A stretch of 64,000 nucleotides of DNA from positions 672,001 through 736,000 of the forward strand of contig CAWKKR010000001.1 in NCBI GenBank assembly GCA_963850305.1, written 5' to 3'. Position 1 is the first letter of the stretch. Each line of letters begins with the position of its first letter. A program made the position numbers and the translations under genes. Positions 30,928 to 42,907 of this stretch are shown here, in pieces. This DNA comes from an uncultured delta proteobacterium (GTDB taxonomy: Bacteria; Myxococcota_A; Polyangia; Polyangiales; Polyangiaceae). The notes under the pieces are model-generated. The model worked only from the letters and a program-made list of their open reading frames with translations, ran no database searches and was not told the origin of the DNA.

Positions 30928-31110
30928 CGAGTCGACCCAGGACGGAATTCGCGCATCGCTCGGCATTTGGCTACATTATCACACCGCTCATGCCCTTCAT
31001 GCTGCAATCCGAACGCGGCGCACGACCTCGCTCCTGCGGCGTGATGTCGCACGCGGCACTTCCGACCAACCGCCACCCCCCGCGCGGCTCACGTGACAGA
31101 CGGAGCAGTC

Positions 31111-31338
31111 ATGAAGCGGGACGACGAATGGATCAGGCTGCCGGGATTGTTTCTGTGGTCGGAAGTGTGCGAGCTCTTCGACGCAGAGAGCAAGGACTGG
31201 CGGTTCGTGGCAAAAGCGCACTCGGCAAGCGCAGGGGAAGAGCCTCTCTACGTGGTCCTGATGGCGTCACCACGTGACGGCGAGCGACGAGCGCGAAGCC
31301 CAAACCGGCCCTCACCGGGAGGCGAACACCGGCGATGA
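31111..31338 (+). CDS. Small hypothetical protein
   Basis: GGAG SD before ATG; protein-like composition. Confidence 0.4.
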   Translation: MKRDDEWIRLPGLFLWSEVCELFDAESKDWRFVAKAHSASAGEEPLYVVLMASPRDGERRARSPNRPSPGGEHRR

Positions 31339-31469
31339 CAAGCCGAGAAAGGACGCGCGACCCGTTGACGCACGCGTTGCCTCGCGGAACAGGAAGAGCG
31401 ACATCGTGACGCACGCGGCGACGGCACCGCGCGTGTTACGTGCTGCCTTTCAAACCGGCGTCGAGTTCG

Positions 31470-31830
31470 TCAACGTCATTCCTGACGCGCTCAATCACGG
31501 CGACCCGTTGACGCTCCCGGCGCCCCTCCAGGCAGGGGCGATGACCTGGGGTTGGCTCTACGGTATCAAGTTCATGAAGGCCGAGCTCGGCGCGACGGGA
31601 ACACCGGCGGGAGACGCCGAGCCGGGACTCGGGCTTCTGCACGTGGGGAGCACCGGCTGCGCGAACGCGGCGGACGGCGGCTCGGACGATTTCTTCTCGC
31701 CACCCAAGGTCACCTGCACGATCCCGAATCGCAACCTCGTGAAGCTCACCGGGTTCGATTCCGGCGCAAACATCATCGTCGCCGACATCGGCGCGATCTT
31801 CACCGCGACGGACCTGTCGGTGAACAACCG
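31470..31830 (+). pseudogene. Internal fragment of an MbnP-family (metallo-mystery pair) protein
   Basis: PDALNH...PAPL...MTWGWLYGIKF, LHVGSTGC, CTIPNR. Confidence 0.7.
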
Positions 31831-32048
31831 GTCAGAGAACACCGAGCGCTCTACGGGCTCGCCCTCACCGTCACTTCGCTCTGTCGATCTTCTTTTTTTC
31901 TCCGGGGCTGGGGCTTCGAGATCGTAGAAGACGTCCCTCCCGCCGCGCTCGCACGCGACGACGCCCGTGAGCGGGCGCGAGCCCCCGTCGTCCGTCGCGG
32001 GCCCCGCGCGCCATGGTTCGCGTGACCGATCCGCGCTACCGTTCGAGC

Positions 32049-32396
32049 ATGACCGCGGAACGTGCAGCCAGGGTGCCGCCCCGCATTCGGCGCGCGATCA
32101 CCGAGTTCCGGCGGCTCGTCGAAGAGCGGTTCGGCGCGCGCGTCCACGATGTCCGCTTGTTCGGATCCTACGCACGGGGAGACTGGGGACCGGATTCGGA
32201 CGCGGACGTGCTCGTCGTCGTGGACGGCCTCGTTCGCGCGGAGCAGACCGAGATTTTCGGAATCGCGGCGGACCTCTTCCTCGTTCACCTGGTCCGCATC
32301 TCGCCATTCGCCGTCTCCAGGGAGGACTACGAGCACATGGTTCGCGGCCGTCTCCTCATCACACGTGAAATCGAGCGCGACGGAGTCGCGCCGTGA
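32049..32396 (+). CDS. Minimal nucleotidyltransferase (MNT) antitoxin
   Basis: LFGSYARGD...SDADVLVV. Confidence 0.88.
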   Translation: MTAERAARVPPRIRRAITEFRRLVEERFGARVHDVRLFGSYARGDWGPDSDADVLVVVDGLVRAEQTEIFGIAADLFLVHLVRISPFAVSREDYEHMVRGRLLITREIERDGVAP

Positions 32397-32797
32397 ACCA
32401 GATCAACCCCGACGACGGCGTGAAGCTCGAGATCGAAAAGGGCGCCGAAGCCTTGCGCGCGGCCCGGTTATGCCTGGACGCTTCGCTCTGGAACGACGCG
32501 GTCAGCCGGGCGTACTACGCTGCGTTTCACCACATCACCGCGTTGCTGCTCTCGGAGGGCGTCGAAGCGCGGACGCACGGCGGCGTGCATGATCTCCTCT
32601 ACCTGCACTTCGTGAAAACGGGGCGTTTCCCCGCGGGCGAAGCGAAGCTCTTCTCGGCGCTCCAGAAGTTCCGTGAACAAGCGGATTACGCCCGGACCAT
32701 CCGGTTCGACGAAGCCGGCGCGCGCGAGGAAGTGGAGCGCGCGCGGCAAATCAGCGACGCGGCCCTTTCGGCGATGCGCACGAGCGGGCTCGCGTAA
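32393..32797 (+). CDS. HEPN domain protein (partner of MNT)
   Basis: AVSRAYYAAFH, THGG, REQADY; GTGA coupling. Confidence 0.88.
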   Translation: MNQINPDDGVKLEIEKGAEALRAARLCLDASLWNDAVSRAYYAAFHHITALLLSEGVEARTHGGVHDLLYLHFVKTGRFPAGEAKLFSALQKFREQADYARTIRFDEAGAREEVERARQISDAALSAMRTSGLA

Positions 32798-32859
32798 CGC
32801 CGCATCGAGCGCCGCCCACACCGGGCGGGTTTCTCGCCGCTACAGCGTGAGCCGGGCGC

Positions 32860-33003
32860 TTCGACGATGATATCCACGTCGGCGGTCGCTCGCGTCGGCG
32901 CCCAGATCCCTCGCGCGATGCCCCCGATGAGGCACGCGCGCACGCCGAGACGCGGCTCAATCGCCGCAACCGCGGCGAGCAACCGGCCGACGGCGTCATC
33001 CAC
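32860..33003 (-). pseudogene. N-terminal fragment of a nucleotidyltransferase
   Basis: LIGGIA...RATADVDII, after which similarity is lost. Confidence 0.6.
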
Positions 33004-33317
33004 GGCGACGTCCCGAGTTCTTGGCGGCGCTCGAGGAACGAAAGGCTACACGGATTCCGAGCGGGTTCCCCGATTCGGCGGGAGCGGTCGCCTCACCCCG
33101 ATACGAAGCGCCGCATGCGGCCTCGTGTGGATAACTCGCCGCCTGCAGTCCTTGCACCTGTGGCGCAAAGACAGCATCGCTCGGAGAATCACGCGGCTTG
33201 GGCGACGAGTCTTCCGGCGAACTGCCGCTGCCGAGTCCCGTCGGAGCTACCCCAGTTCGCTGGCTCGTAGCTTGCTTAGGGGACTCCTCCAAGTCCGCAA
33301 GCCACGGAGGTACCCGT

Positions 33318-33785
33318 ATGAAAACCGAAAAGCTCATGACTCGCGATGTCTGCACGTGCTCACAGGAAGACTCCTTGGAGGACGCTGCCCGTGTGATGTG
33401 GGACTCGGACGTCGGGTGCTTGGTGGTAACGGACGGAGAGCGGAGGCCAATCGGGATGATCACCGATCGCGACATCGCCATGGCCGCCTACACGCAGGGG
33501 GTGCCACTGCGTGACGCCTCGGTGGGGAGCGCCATGGCCCGCGAGGTAGTGACCTGCTCCTCCAGTACCTCGTTGAACACCGTCGAGAACAAGATGCGGA
33601 CCGCCCAGATCCGTCGAGTCCCCGTCATTGATTCGGACGGGAAGCTCATCGGCATCGTGGCGCTCGGTGACATTGCCCGGAGCGCCCAGTCGACCCCATT
33701 GCATGGGACCGAGATCCCGGGCGTCGCAAAGACGCTGGCAGGCATCACCGAACGGCGCTGGGCCGAAGCTCGGGTGGCGGAGTGA
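33318..33785 (+). CDS. CBS domain pair protein
   Basis: GGAGG SD; MTRDV, GMITDRDI, IRRVPVID, GIVALGDI. Confidence 0.92.
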   Translation: MKTEKLMTRDVCTCSQEDSLEDAARVMWDSDVGCLVVTDGERRPIGMITDRDIAMAAYTQGVPLRDASVGSAMAREVVTCSSSTSLNTVENKMRTAQIRRVPVIDSDGKLIGIVALGDIARSAQSTPLHGTEIPGVAKTLAGITERRWAEARVAE

Positions 33786-34016
33786 TGCGGCCGACGCCGG
33801 TAGAGGTCCCCCGCGTGCGTTTGGTCGTCGTGGAAGACGGTGCGTGCGGGTTCGATTCCTACGTGAGCCCCGACGAGTGCGAAGAGACAATCGTCGTCGT
33901 GCAATGTGGCGGGGAACTCCCGAAAATGCTCTTCGCGGGTTGACCCCGATGGCCTACGTTGATCACCCGTCGCGTCGGCGGAAGCAGGTAGGCATGGTTC
34001 AGCCCAGACTCGTCTC

Positions 34017-37000
34017 TTGAAGGACACTGCGGACGTCGCGTCCTCGTTCCCCATCATAGGTGTGGGGGCCTCGGCAGGCGGGCTCGCTCCCACGACGGAG
34101 CTCGTCCGCGAGCTCCGCGCGGCGCCGGGGATTGCGCTCGTGATCATCCACCATCTCGATCCGACACACGACAGTGGCCTGGTCGAAATCCTCTCGCGGG
34201 TCACCGTGCTGCCGGTGCTCGGCGCGGCCGACGGAGCTCGCGTCGAGCCCAACCACGTCTACGTGATGCCGCCGAACGCGGGGCTGCTCATCAATCGAGG
34301 GGTCTTGAAGCTCGTGCCGCGGATCGAGGAGCGCGGCCTTCACCTCCCCATCAATCGGTTCTTCGAGTCCCTCGCAGTCGATCGCGATCATCTTGCCGGA
34401 GGTGTCGTGCTCAGCGGCAGCGGCTTCGACGGAACCGAGGGCATCAAAGCCATCAAGCGCGAGGGCGGAATCACGCTCGCGCAGGACGCGACGGCCCAGT
34501 ACGGCAGCATGCCGGAGAGCGCGATCGCGACCGGGTGCGTCGACTTCATCCTGCCGCCTGGGGGTCTTGCCCGTGAGCTCGGACGCCTGGGTACGGAGGC
34601 GCACTCCCTCCGGGCAGTGCCGGCGTCCGGCGCCGACGAGCGCGACTACCTGCGGGTCCTTTCGGCGATGCGGAAGGCGACTGGCGTCGACTTCGCGAGC
34701 TACAAGCCAACGACGATAAGGCGGCGCCTCGAGCGGCGTCTCTTCTTCCACGGCATCTCGGATCTCCCCGCCTATCTCGACCTCCTCGAGCGCGATCCAG
34801 CCGAGCTCGCGACACTCTGCGAGGAAGCGCTCATCCACGTGACCGGCTTCTTCCGCGATCCGGACGCCGTCGAAGCACTCCGCACGCTGGTCTTTCCGAA
34901 ATTGTGCGAGGGCCGGCCCCGCGACGCTGCGATCCGCGTCTGGGTCCCCGGTTGCTCGACGGGCGAGGAGGTCTACTCGATCGCCATTTGCCTGCGCGAA
35001 TTCCTGGGCGAAGCGCGCCGCGAGCTGCCGATCAAGATCTTCGGAACGGACCTGAGCTCCGCGGTCATCGAGAAGGCGCGCGCGGGCAGCTTTCCCCCGA
35101 GCATCGAGGGTGAGGTCTCCGAGGAGCGCCTGCAGCGCTTCTTCTCCAAGACCGAGGGGGGCTATCAGGTTCGACGCGACCTGCGAGATCTCTGCGTCTT
35201 CGCGAAACACGACGTCGCGCGGGATCCACCCTTCGCCGCGATGGATCTGATCAGCTGCCGGAACCTGATGATTTACCTCGGGCCGGAGCTCCAGGATCGC
35301 GTCATTGCGCTGCTGCACTACGCCCTGAAGGAACCGGGGTTCCTTCTCCTCGGCACCGCGGAGACCGCGCGCGCCTTCCCGGGATTTGCCGTCGTGGACG
35401 GCAAGAACAAGATCTACGTGCGCACGTCGGCGGCGCCTCGCCTGGCATTCGATTTCACGGCGCCCCGCCCCATCGTCGACCGGCCGGTCTCTGGTCCTGG
35501 GGCGTCGGACTCCTCCGTTTCCGTCGCCGCGTCCAGGCTGCCCGGTCCCGCCGACGTTCACCGTGAGGCCGATCGGCTCGTGCTGGCGGAGTTTGCACCG
35601 CCGGGCGTCGTCGTGAACGATGACCTGGCCGTCGTTCAGTTTCGGGGACACACGGGCGCCTTCCTCGAGCACGCTCCCGGAGTGGCGACCCTGGATCTCC
35701 TTCGCACGGCGCGCGAGGAGCTGCGGCTCCCGCTCCGGCGCGCGATCGACCACGCTCGATCCACCGAGAGTCCCACCCGGGAGACGGGGATCGCGCTACT
35801 CGTCGGCGACAAGCGCCGCATCGTCGCGCTCGAGATCATCCCGTTCTCGGTCCGCGGGGCGCGGCAGGGATTCTTTCTCGTGCTGTTCCAGGACGTCACC
35901 CCCAACGACGAGGCCGGAGGGGTGAGCGCGGAGCGACCCGTCGCAAGCCCTGCCGGGAAGCCCGAAGGCGCGCTCGAGCACGAACTCTCGTCGACGCGCC
36001 AGTACCTCGAGTCGGTCATCGAGCAGCTCGAGGCAGCGAACGAAGAGCTCAAGGCGGCCAACGAGGAGATCGTGTCGAGCAACGAGGAGCTTCGGAGCAC
36101 GAACGAGGAGCTTCAGAGCGCCAAGGAGGAGCTCCAGGCGACCAACGAGGAGCTCCGGACGGTCAACGACGAGATGCGCGACCGGAGCGCCGAAGCAACC
36201 CGCCTCAGCGACGACCTCTTCAACGTGCTCATGAGCATCGACATCCCCATCCTGCTCGTCGGGCGGGACTTGCGCTTGCGGAGATTCACGCCGGCGGCAG
36301 GCGGGGTGTTCGGCTTGAACCCCGCCGACCTGGATCGTCCGGTGAAAGACGTCCCGCGAGTCGTGGCCGCGGTCCCGTCGCTCATGCCGACGATCGCGAA
36401 GGTGCTTTCGGACTTCCAGCCGGTGGTTCTGGCGTTTCCGGACGAATCCGGCCGGGCCTACGATCTCTCCGTGCGTCCCTATGTGACGCTCGACGGCCGG
36501 GTCGACGGGGTGGTGGTCGTCGCGCGCGACGTGGACAGCGAGCGGAAGGCCGCGGCACGAGTCCAAGCCGCGCGAGCCTACGCGGAGAGCGTCGTCGAGA
36601 CCATTCGCGAGGGGCTCGTCGTCATCGATCGGGAGCTCCGCGTCACCTCGGCGAATAGGTCCTTTCTGCAAATGTTCCGCTTCTCGTATCCCGAGATTCG
36701 AGGGCCGGCGTCTCGATGCACTCGGGCACTCCGAGCTGTCCGCGGCGTCGCTGGGGGAGCGACTCGGAGGGCTGGGCGCGGACGAGACCGTCGATGCCTA
36801 CCGCGTCGAGCAGCGGGACGCATCGGGAGACCCGGCGACGTTCTTGCTCCACGCTCGGCACATCGCAAACACGGGGCTCCTCCTCCTCTCGTTCCAGGAC
36901 ATCACGCTGTCCGAACAGGCCAAGGCCGCCGTCCAGTTTCGGGACGTCCTCGCCGGAGCGGCAGAAGGTGTCCTGATGGTCGACCGGTCGGGACGGATCG

Positions 37001-38025
37001 GCTTCGTCAACAGGGCGGCGGCGGGCATGTTCGGTTACGACAGCAACGAGCTCCTCGGAACGTCGGTCGACTTGCTCGTGCCGGAATCGCTGCGCGAGGG
37101 TCATGCGACGCACCGCGCGGACTACATGGTCGCGCCTTCGCCTCGCGTGATGGGGCGAGCTCGCGAACTGTTCGGTCGACGCAAGGACGGGACGGAGCTG
37201 CCCATCGAGGTGACGCTCAGCGCCGTTGCGAGAGAGGAGGGGCCCGTCGTCGTCGCCTTCGTCACGGACATCACCGAGCGACGGAACGCCGAGAAGGCAA
37301 TCCACGCGTATCAGGACGAGCTCCGCCGGATGTCCTTCGAAGCAGCGGTCGCCGAGGAGCGCGAGAGACGGCGCATCGCCGTCGAACTGCACGACCGGAT
37401 GGGCCAGGTGCTCGCCCTGGCCGAGATCAAGCTCACCTCCGTTCGCGGCGGACTCTCCGGCGAGGCCCGTTCCGCGGTCGATGGCGCCGTGGAGCTCCTC
37501 GAGCAGGCGATCGTCGACGCTCGGACGCTGATCTTCGACCTCAGCCCCCCGATCTTGTACGACCTCGGTCTCGAGAAGGCGCTTTCCTGGCTGGCCGAAG
37601 ACCTGGAGAGACGTCACGGGCTCGACGTCGAGATCACCGACGACGGGGCGGACAAACCGCTCGACGACGCCGCGAAGGGCGTCGTCTTTCGCGCCGTGCG
37701 CGAGCTGCTGATGAACGTGCTCAAGCATGCGAAGTCACCGGCTGCGCGGGTGTCCGTGATCCGGACGGACGATCATCTCCGCGTCGACGTGGAGGATCGC
37801 GGCGCTGGCTTCGATCCCGACGTCACGGCTGCGTCCGGGAGCGGCGGCGGCTTCGGCCTCCTCAGCGTCCGCGCCCAGATCTCCCGGCTCGGGGGCGTGC
37901 TCGACGTGAAATCCGGTCCAGGACGGGGCACGCTGGCGAGCGTTCTCGTTCCCCTGCAAGCGCCCGCTTCGCCGCCGGCGCAGGATCCACGCCTCGACCC
38001 GGCCGGCGGACGAGAGGCACCATGA
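34017..38025 (+). CDS. CheB-CheR-PAS-HisKA_3 sensor kinase fusion; frameshift near 36705
   Basis: GVGASAGG, VTGFFRD, GCSTGEE, CRNLMIY, NEELxSxNEEL coil; shifted frame has PAS, ERRRIAVELHD, EDRGAGFD, GFGL. Confidence 0.88.
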
Positions 38026-38636
38026 GGGTCATTCTTGCCGATGATCACCGGATGATGCGGGAAGGACTGCGGGCGGTCCTCGAGAAAGCCGGCGTCCAGG
38101 TGGTCGGCGAGGCCGCGAGCGGTCGCGAGGCGATCGCGGAAACGAAGCGCCTCCATCCGGACGTCGTCGTCATGGATGTGGGAATGCCCGACCTGAACGG
38201 GATCGACGCGACCCGTCGCCTCGCGGCCGAGATGCCCAGCGTGAAAGTGATCGCGCTCAGCATGAACGCCGATCGACGCTATGTGAGCGCAATGCGGGAG
38301 GCGGGAGCGGCCGGCTATGTGGTCAAGAACTCCGCTTCGGACGAGCTCCTCACCGCCCTTCGGGTCGTGATTCGTGGAGAGAACTACTTGAGCCCGGCGA
38401 TCCCGGAGTACATCACTCCAGAGGCCGGATCGGAACGGCCGCTCAGCGCTCGGGAGCGAGAGGTACTGCAACACATCGCGGACGGCGATTCTTCCAAGGA
38501 GATTGCCGCGACGCTCGGGATCGCCGTGACCACCGTCGAGACACATCGGCGTCAGCTGATGGACAAGCTCGGCCTGCGGACCATCGCGGAGCTCACCAAG
38601 TACGCGATCCGCGAGGGATTGACGAGCGAACGGTAA
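38022..38636 (+). CDS. NarL/LuxR-family response regulator
   Basis: [30 protein letters not shown] coupling. Confidence 0.93.
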   Translation: MRVILADDHRMMREGLRAVLEKAGVQVVGEAASGREAIAETKRLHPDVVVMDVGMPDLNGIDATRRLAAEMPSVKVIALSMNADRRYVSAMREAGAAGYVVKNSASDELLTALRVVIRGENYLSPAIPEYITPEAGSERPLSAREREVLQHIADGDSSKEIAATLGIAVTTVETHRRQLMDKLGLRTIAELTKYAIREGLTSER

Positions 38637-38763
38637 TCCCGTTGGCTGCCGCCACGGTGGCCACTGCGTTACGGCCGGGAAACATCGAGCCGCACCCAAT
38701 CGCCGATCCCAACCGGGTTCCAGGGAGGGGGTCGTGGATCATGAGGATAGGCACGGGCAGCCA

Positions 38764-40531
38764 ATGAGGCACGCTTCCCGCTCGCCGATGGTCGACGTGG
38801 AGCTCCAGAACTTGCGCGCGGTGCACGAGGCGCTCGAACGGCGTTTTCAGGAACAAAGCCTGGACCTTTCTCGGAAACTCGAGGACCTCGAAAAAGAGAC
38901 TCTCGTCCGGAAGAATACGGAAGTGCTACTGCTCTCGTCGCGAGCGCAGGTCGTCGCGCTGCTGGAAGAGCGCGACGCCGCGCAGAGTACCCGAGACCTG
39001 CTCGACACCGCGCCGGACGCGATGGTCGTCGTCGACGGAGACGGCCGGATCACCTTGGTCAACATCCGAGCAGAGGCCCTGTTCGGCTATTCCCGCTCGG
39101 AGCTCGTTGGGCAGCACCTCGAGCTCCTGATTCCGGACCGCTTTCGTCGGACCCACGGGCGGCACGTCAGCGGCTTCTTCGCGAACCCGACCGTTCGCTC
39201 CATGGGGTCGGGTCTCGAGCTGCATGGCCGCCGCAAGGACGGCACGGAACTTCCGATCGAGGTGAGCCTGAGTCCGCTCGAGACGGGGTCCGGAACGACC
39301 GTTTCCGCGGCGATCCGGGACATCAGCGAGCGCCAACGGACGGAGGCCGCCGCCAGGCTCGCCGCCGAGCGTCTCGCGAGCGCCGTCGAGAGCATCCAGG
39401 ACGCCTTCGCGCTGTTCGACCGCGAGGATCGATTGGTGCTCTGTAACAGCGCATACCGGGGGCTCGGGGAGTCTCTCTGGGAGCCGGTCGTCGGCACGTC
39501 ATACGAGTCTCTGCTGGACGCGATGATGGGAGACATCCTGTTTCCGGACGAGACCGCGCGTGTGCGCTTCCGCGCCGAGCAGCTGGCGCGACGGCACGGC
39601 GACCTAGAGACGACATTCGACATCCGGATGCGCGACGGGCGCACCCTGCGCTTCGCGGACAGAAGGACGGCGGAAGGCGGAATTGTCACGACGATCTCGG
39701 ATATCACCGAGGACGTCCGTCTAGCCGATGAGCTCCGCGAGGCACGCGTCGCCGCCGACACCGCGAACGGTGCGAAGAGTGATTTCCTGTCCGGCATGAG
39801 CCACGAGCTTCGGACACCGCTGAACGCGATCCTCGGGTTCGCCCAGCTCCTGCAACGGGACAAGAAGGACCCCCTCTCGGACCGTCACCGGGATCGGGTC
39901 GCTCAGGTCCTCAACGGGGGCGAGCACCTGATGCGCCTCATCGACGACATCCTGGATCTGTCGCGCATCGAGGCCGGGGGCCTGTCGATCTCCACCGAGC
40001 CCGTGGCCGTGCTCGAGGTTCTCGAGGAGGTGAGGCAAACCCTCGCACCGATCGCCGCGGAGACGGGGATCCAGATCGACGTCGCGTGCTTCCCAGCAGA
40101 GCCCGAGTTGGTCGCGGTGGATCGGACAAGGCTCGCACAGAATCCTCATGAATTTCGGGTCGAACGGCATCAAATACAACCGGCCCCAGGGCAAGATGAT
40201 GTTCACCGTGCTCACACCGACGCCCGGCTTCCAGCGTGTCGCCGTTCGCGACACGGGCCTGGGGATCCCTCTGGACAAGCAGGACAAGCTTTTCCAGCCG
40301 TTTCAGAGAGCCGGACAGGAGACTGGACCGATCGCGGGGACGGGGCTCGGGCTCGTCATCACGCGGCGACTCGCCCGGTTGATGAACGGCGACGTCGGCT
40401 TTCGAAGCACCCCGGGCGAGGGCTCGGAGTTCTGGATCGACATGCCCGTTCACGAATCACGAGTGCCTGTCGTGGCTACTCGTCTCCTTCGTCCCACGTT
40501 CGGTCAGGAATCCGGGACGTACAAGACTTGA
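38764..40531 (+). CDS. PAS sensor histidine kinase; frameshift near 40141
   Basis: Two PAS domains, [10 protein letters not shown]; shifted frame has NGIKYN, DTGLGI, GTGLGL. Confidence 0.88.
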
Positions 40532-42180
40532 ACGGCCCCACGAGAATCGACGAGAGCACGTCTGGGGGGGCATTCGGCGAATTCGGGGGCAGTCAAGAGC
40601 CGCGTCGTCGTCGATCTGGCTGAATTTCCGTTGTGCGAAGGGCGGGACTCGAACCCGCACAGGAGTAACCCCACTAGCACCTCAACGCTCTTCGCCCGTC
40701 GCGACGTGTCGCTAACTGCTTGTTTTCTCGGCCCTCTGGCTCGGCGGTTCCGACCGTTCGCGCCCGTTTGAGGGGTGGTGGACAACGAGGTGGACAACGC
40801 CGGGCCGCAGTCCGGGCACCCCTCTCGCTCGTTCGGCGCGAGCTCCGGAATGGCATGAAGCACGCACGGGAACGGCTCGTACTCGAGATCCGCGAGCATC
40901 TGCGCCATGCGGGTGTAGCGGGCCAGCATCTGCGACGTTGGCGTGTGTCCCGTACGCTCCGTGATCCATAGGTCCGACTTTCCACCGCGCCTCGCCCACG
41001 TGCAAAACGTCGCCCGGCCGTCGTGAAACCGGATCGCTTGCACGTTCTTCGATTGTTTGAAGAGGATCTCCCGCGTTACGCCCGACGCTTTCAGATCGCG
41101 TCGGAGCACGTCCGCTTCGTCGTGCTCGATCTGCCAGGTTTCCTCGAATTGCCTCGGCCGTCCCGGCCGCCGCTCTTCCGAAACGTGCGGAGCGCCACGC
41201 ACGCTCCGAATTACCGGCTCGTCCCCTTCGGGTCGGCCGCAATGCTCCCACCACGCACGCAGCACCGCGAACACGCACGCCGGCTCGACGCGGAAGAAGA
41301 TCGGTGTGCCGTGGTCTTCGTCTTCCGTCGCATCGAGCCGCTGATAGCCCTTCTGGTGCAGCACCGAGACGGTACCGTGCTTCCAGTCCACGCCGCGCCA
41401 AGTGAAGGCGAGCAGCGTCCCCTTGCGCCATCCGAAGTAGGTCGCCAGCAGGTAGAGCACGCGCCGGCCGAGCGGGATCTCCGTGTTGGCAAGCAGCGCG
41501 AGAACTTCGGGCGGATAGAGGAAGTTATAGAGCTTCGGCGGATCCTTCGAGGCGCGGTAGGCCGCGAGCACAGGGTTCGTGCCCGGCGCTCTCAAGCCAA
41601 GCGGGATCTCTGCAATCGAGAAGATCCGCGAGAGGTACGAGTGCAAGTGGTTGCGCGTCCCGGCAGACGCACCGCCCTGCGACGCCATGATCCTCGCAGT
41701 GTCCTCGTGGATCACGTCCGCCGCCAGTAGATCGCCGAAGAGCGGCCCATGCGGGCCGCGCGTGCGCACCGAGTACGCTCGCTTGTTGAGCACCGCGTTC
41801 GCGTTGTAGCCGTTGGTATTGTACTTCGAGGACGACGGGCGCAGTCCGTTCACGGCGCCGTGCTTCTTGAAGAGGTCTCCGCTGAGCCACGCTTCGCCGA
41901 TCTCGCGAACCGTCGTGAGCTTCTTTTCCGCCACGAGCTTGCCGCGCCTAGTGTGCGGGTTCTTCTCGAGCAAGCGATCGATCATCGCGTCGAGCTTGCC
42001 GGTCTCGCGACCGCGCTTGAGGAACGCGTCGAGCTTCGCTCGCGCCTCTTCATCGCTGAGATTCTTGCCGAGCGGGATGCGCGGCCGCGATCCGTCCGAC
42101 TTCAGGACCTTCGCGTAGGCGCGAACGCCGCGTCGCTCGATCGTGCCCTGCCCGTCCGCCCGCCTGCCCTTCTCGCTCAT
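40504..42180 (-). CDS. int: Tyrosine recombinase/integrase
   Basis: Catalytic R (FGWRKG), HxxR (FHDGR), H (TGH), Y (ARY). Confidence 0.88.
   Translation of the reverse strand: MSEKGRRADGQGTIERRGVRAYAKVLKSDGSRPRIPLGKNLSDEEARAKLDAFLKRGRETGKLDAMIDRLLEKNPHTRRGKLVAEKKLTTVREIGEAWLSGDLFKKHGAVNGLRPSSSKYNTNGYNANAVLNKRAYSVRTRGPHGPLFGDLLAADVIHEDTARIMASQGGASAGTRNHLHSYLSRIFSIAEIPLGLRAPGTNPVLAAYRASKDPPKLYNFLYPPEVLALLANTEIPLGRRVLYLLATYFGWRKGTLLAFTWRGVDWKHGTVSVLHQKGYQRLDATEDEDHGTPIFFRVEPACVFAVLRAWWEHCGRPEGDEPVIRSVRGAPHVSEERRPGRPRQFEETWQIEHDEADVLRRDLKASGVTREILFKQSKNVQAIRFHDGRATFCTWARRGGKSDLWITERTGHTPTSQMLARYTRMAQMLADLEYEPFPCVLHAIPELAPNEREGCPDCGPALSTSLSTTPQTGANGRNRRARGPRKQAVSDTSRRAKSVEVLVGLLLCGFESRPSHNGNSARSTTTRLLTAPEFAECPPRRALVDSRGAVQVLYVPDS
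40634..40685 (-). mobile_element. att site: 3' half of tRNA-Leu(GAG)
   Basis: TTGAGGTGCTAG, long variable arm, GCGGG-TTCGAGT-CCCGC, CCTTCGC-A; 5' half absent. Confidence 0.85.
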
Positions 42181-42830
42181 GGCTCCCCCATACCGAGCGC
42201 GGCCAACTCGCGATCTATGTCGCCGACGTCAGTAGTCTTCGGCGGCTTGCTGCCGCTTGTAATGTAGGTATCGATCTCGGCGCGCCGCACGAGCCATTGT
42301 TTGCCTTGCTTCCGGGCGCTCGTAAACACACCCTCTCGGCAAAGGCGCAAATGCTTGCGTTTGCCGAGGGGGCTGTGCGTCTGGTCGATCCAGTCGGCAC
42401 CGGCATCTAAGGCCATGGCGACCGTCGCAGCCCGCTTCGCACGCGGCGACGTGTCTGCTCTCGCGCCGTCCATTCCGGCACGCTGCGACGGGGAATCGAT
42501 TTCCGTCGTAATAAATGCCTCGGGCGATTCGAGCCCGAGCAAAATTGTGGTTCGTGCGAGCGGGACTCGCGCGCCGCTCGCCGAAACGACGAAGGCACCG
42601 TCGAGCGCGGCGTCGTCCACGGGCTCACCCTGCTCGCCGACCCAGCGCGCCTTGCATGCGCGCAGGTCGATAGGATCGGTGAATTGCCAGTGTTTTGCAT
42701 ATCGCTTGCCAAGCATCGCTGCGAAATACGCCGGCGACCACTGGAAGACAGGCCCGCTCGCATCCGAGACGATGAGCGCCACGCGCCCTACCCGCGCCGC
42801 TCCGACTGCGATCCACTCGCTCATTACCAA
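42177..42830 (-). CDS. Protein with C-terminal excisionase-like winged HTH
   Basis: SPLGKRKHLRLCREG...KQGKQWLVRRAEIDTYI; coupled to int. Confidence 0.65.
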   Translation of the reverse strand: MVMSEWIAVGAARVGRVALIVSDASGPVFQWSPAYFAAMLGKRYAKHWQFTDPIDLRACKARWVGEQGEPVDDAALDGAFVVSASGARVPLARTTILLGLESPEAFITTEIDSPSQRAGMDGARADTSPRAKRAATVAMALDAGADWIDQTHSPLGKRKHLRLCREGVFTSARKQGKQWLVRRAEIDTYITSGSKPPKTTDVGDIDRELAALGMGEP

Positions 42831-42855
42831 GGACGGTAGGTCCGTCGACCGCTTC

Positions 42856-42877
42856 GTGTCAATACACGACTTGACAC
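42856..42877. promoter_or_regulatory. Back-to-back -35 boxes of divergent promoters
   Basis: GTGTCAA-N8-TTGACAC between divergent genes. Confidence 0.6.
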
Positions 42878-42907
42878 CGTCTGGGGCGCCGCATAGTAGG
42901 AAACGGC

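Noticed and set aside
33126..33134. DnaA box TGTGGATAA
   Set aside because: Single copy with no AT-rich unwinding region or origin context
34017..38636. Single 1539-aa CheB/CheR-response regulator fusion
   Set aside because: The middle is off-frame; the kinase is in another frame and the regulator has its own coupled start
40634..40720. Intact tRNA gene
   Set aside because: No D-arm or 5' acceptor strand; similarity starts at the anticodon loop
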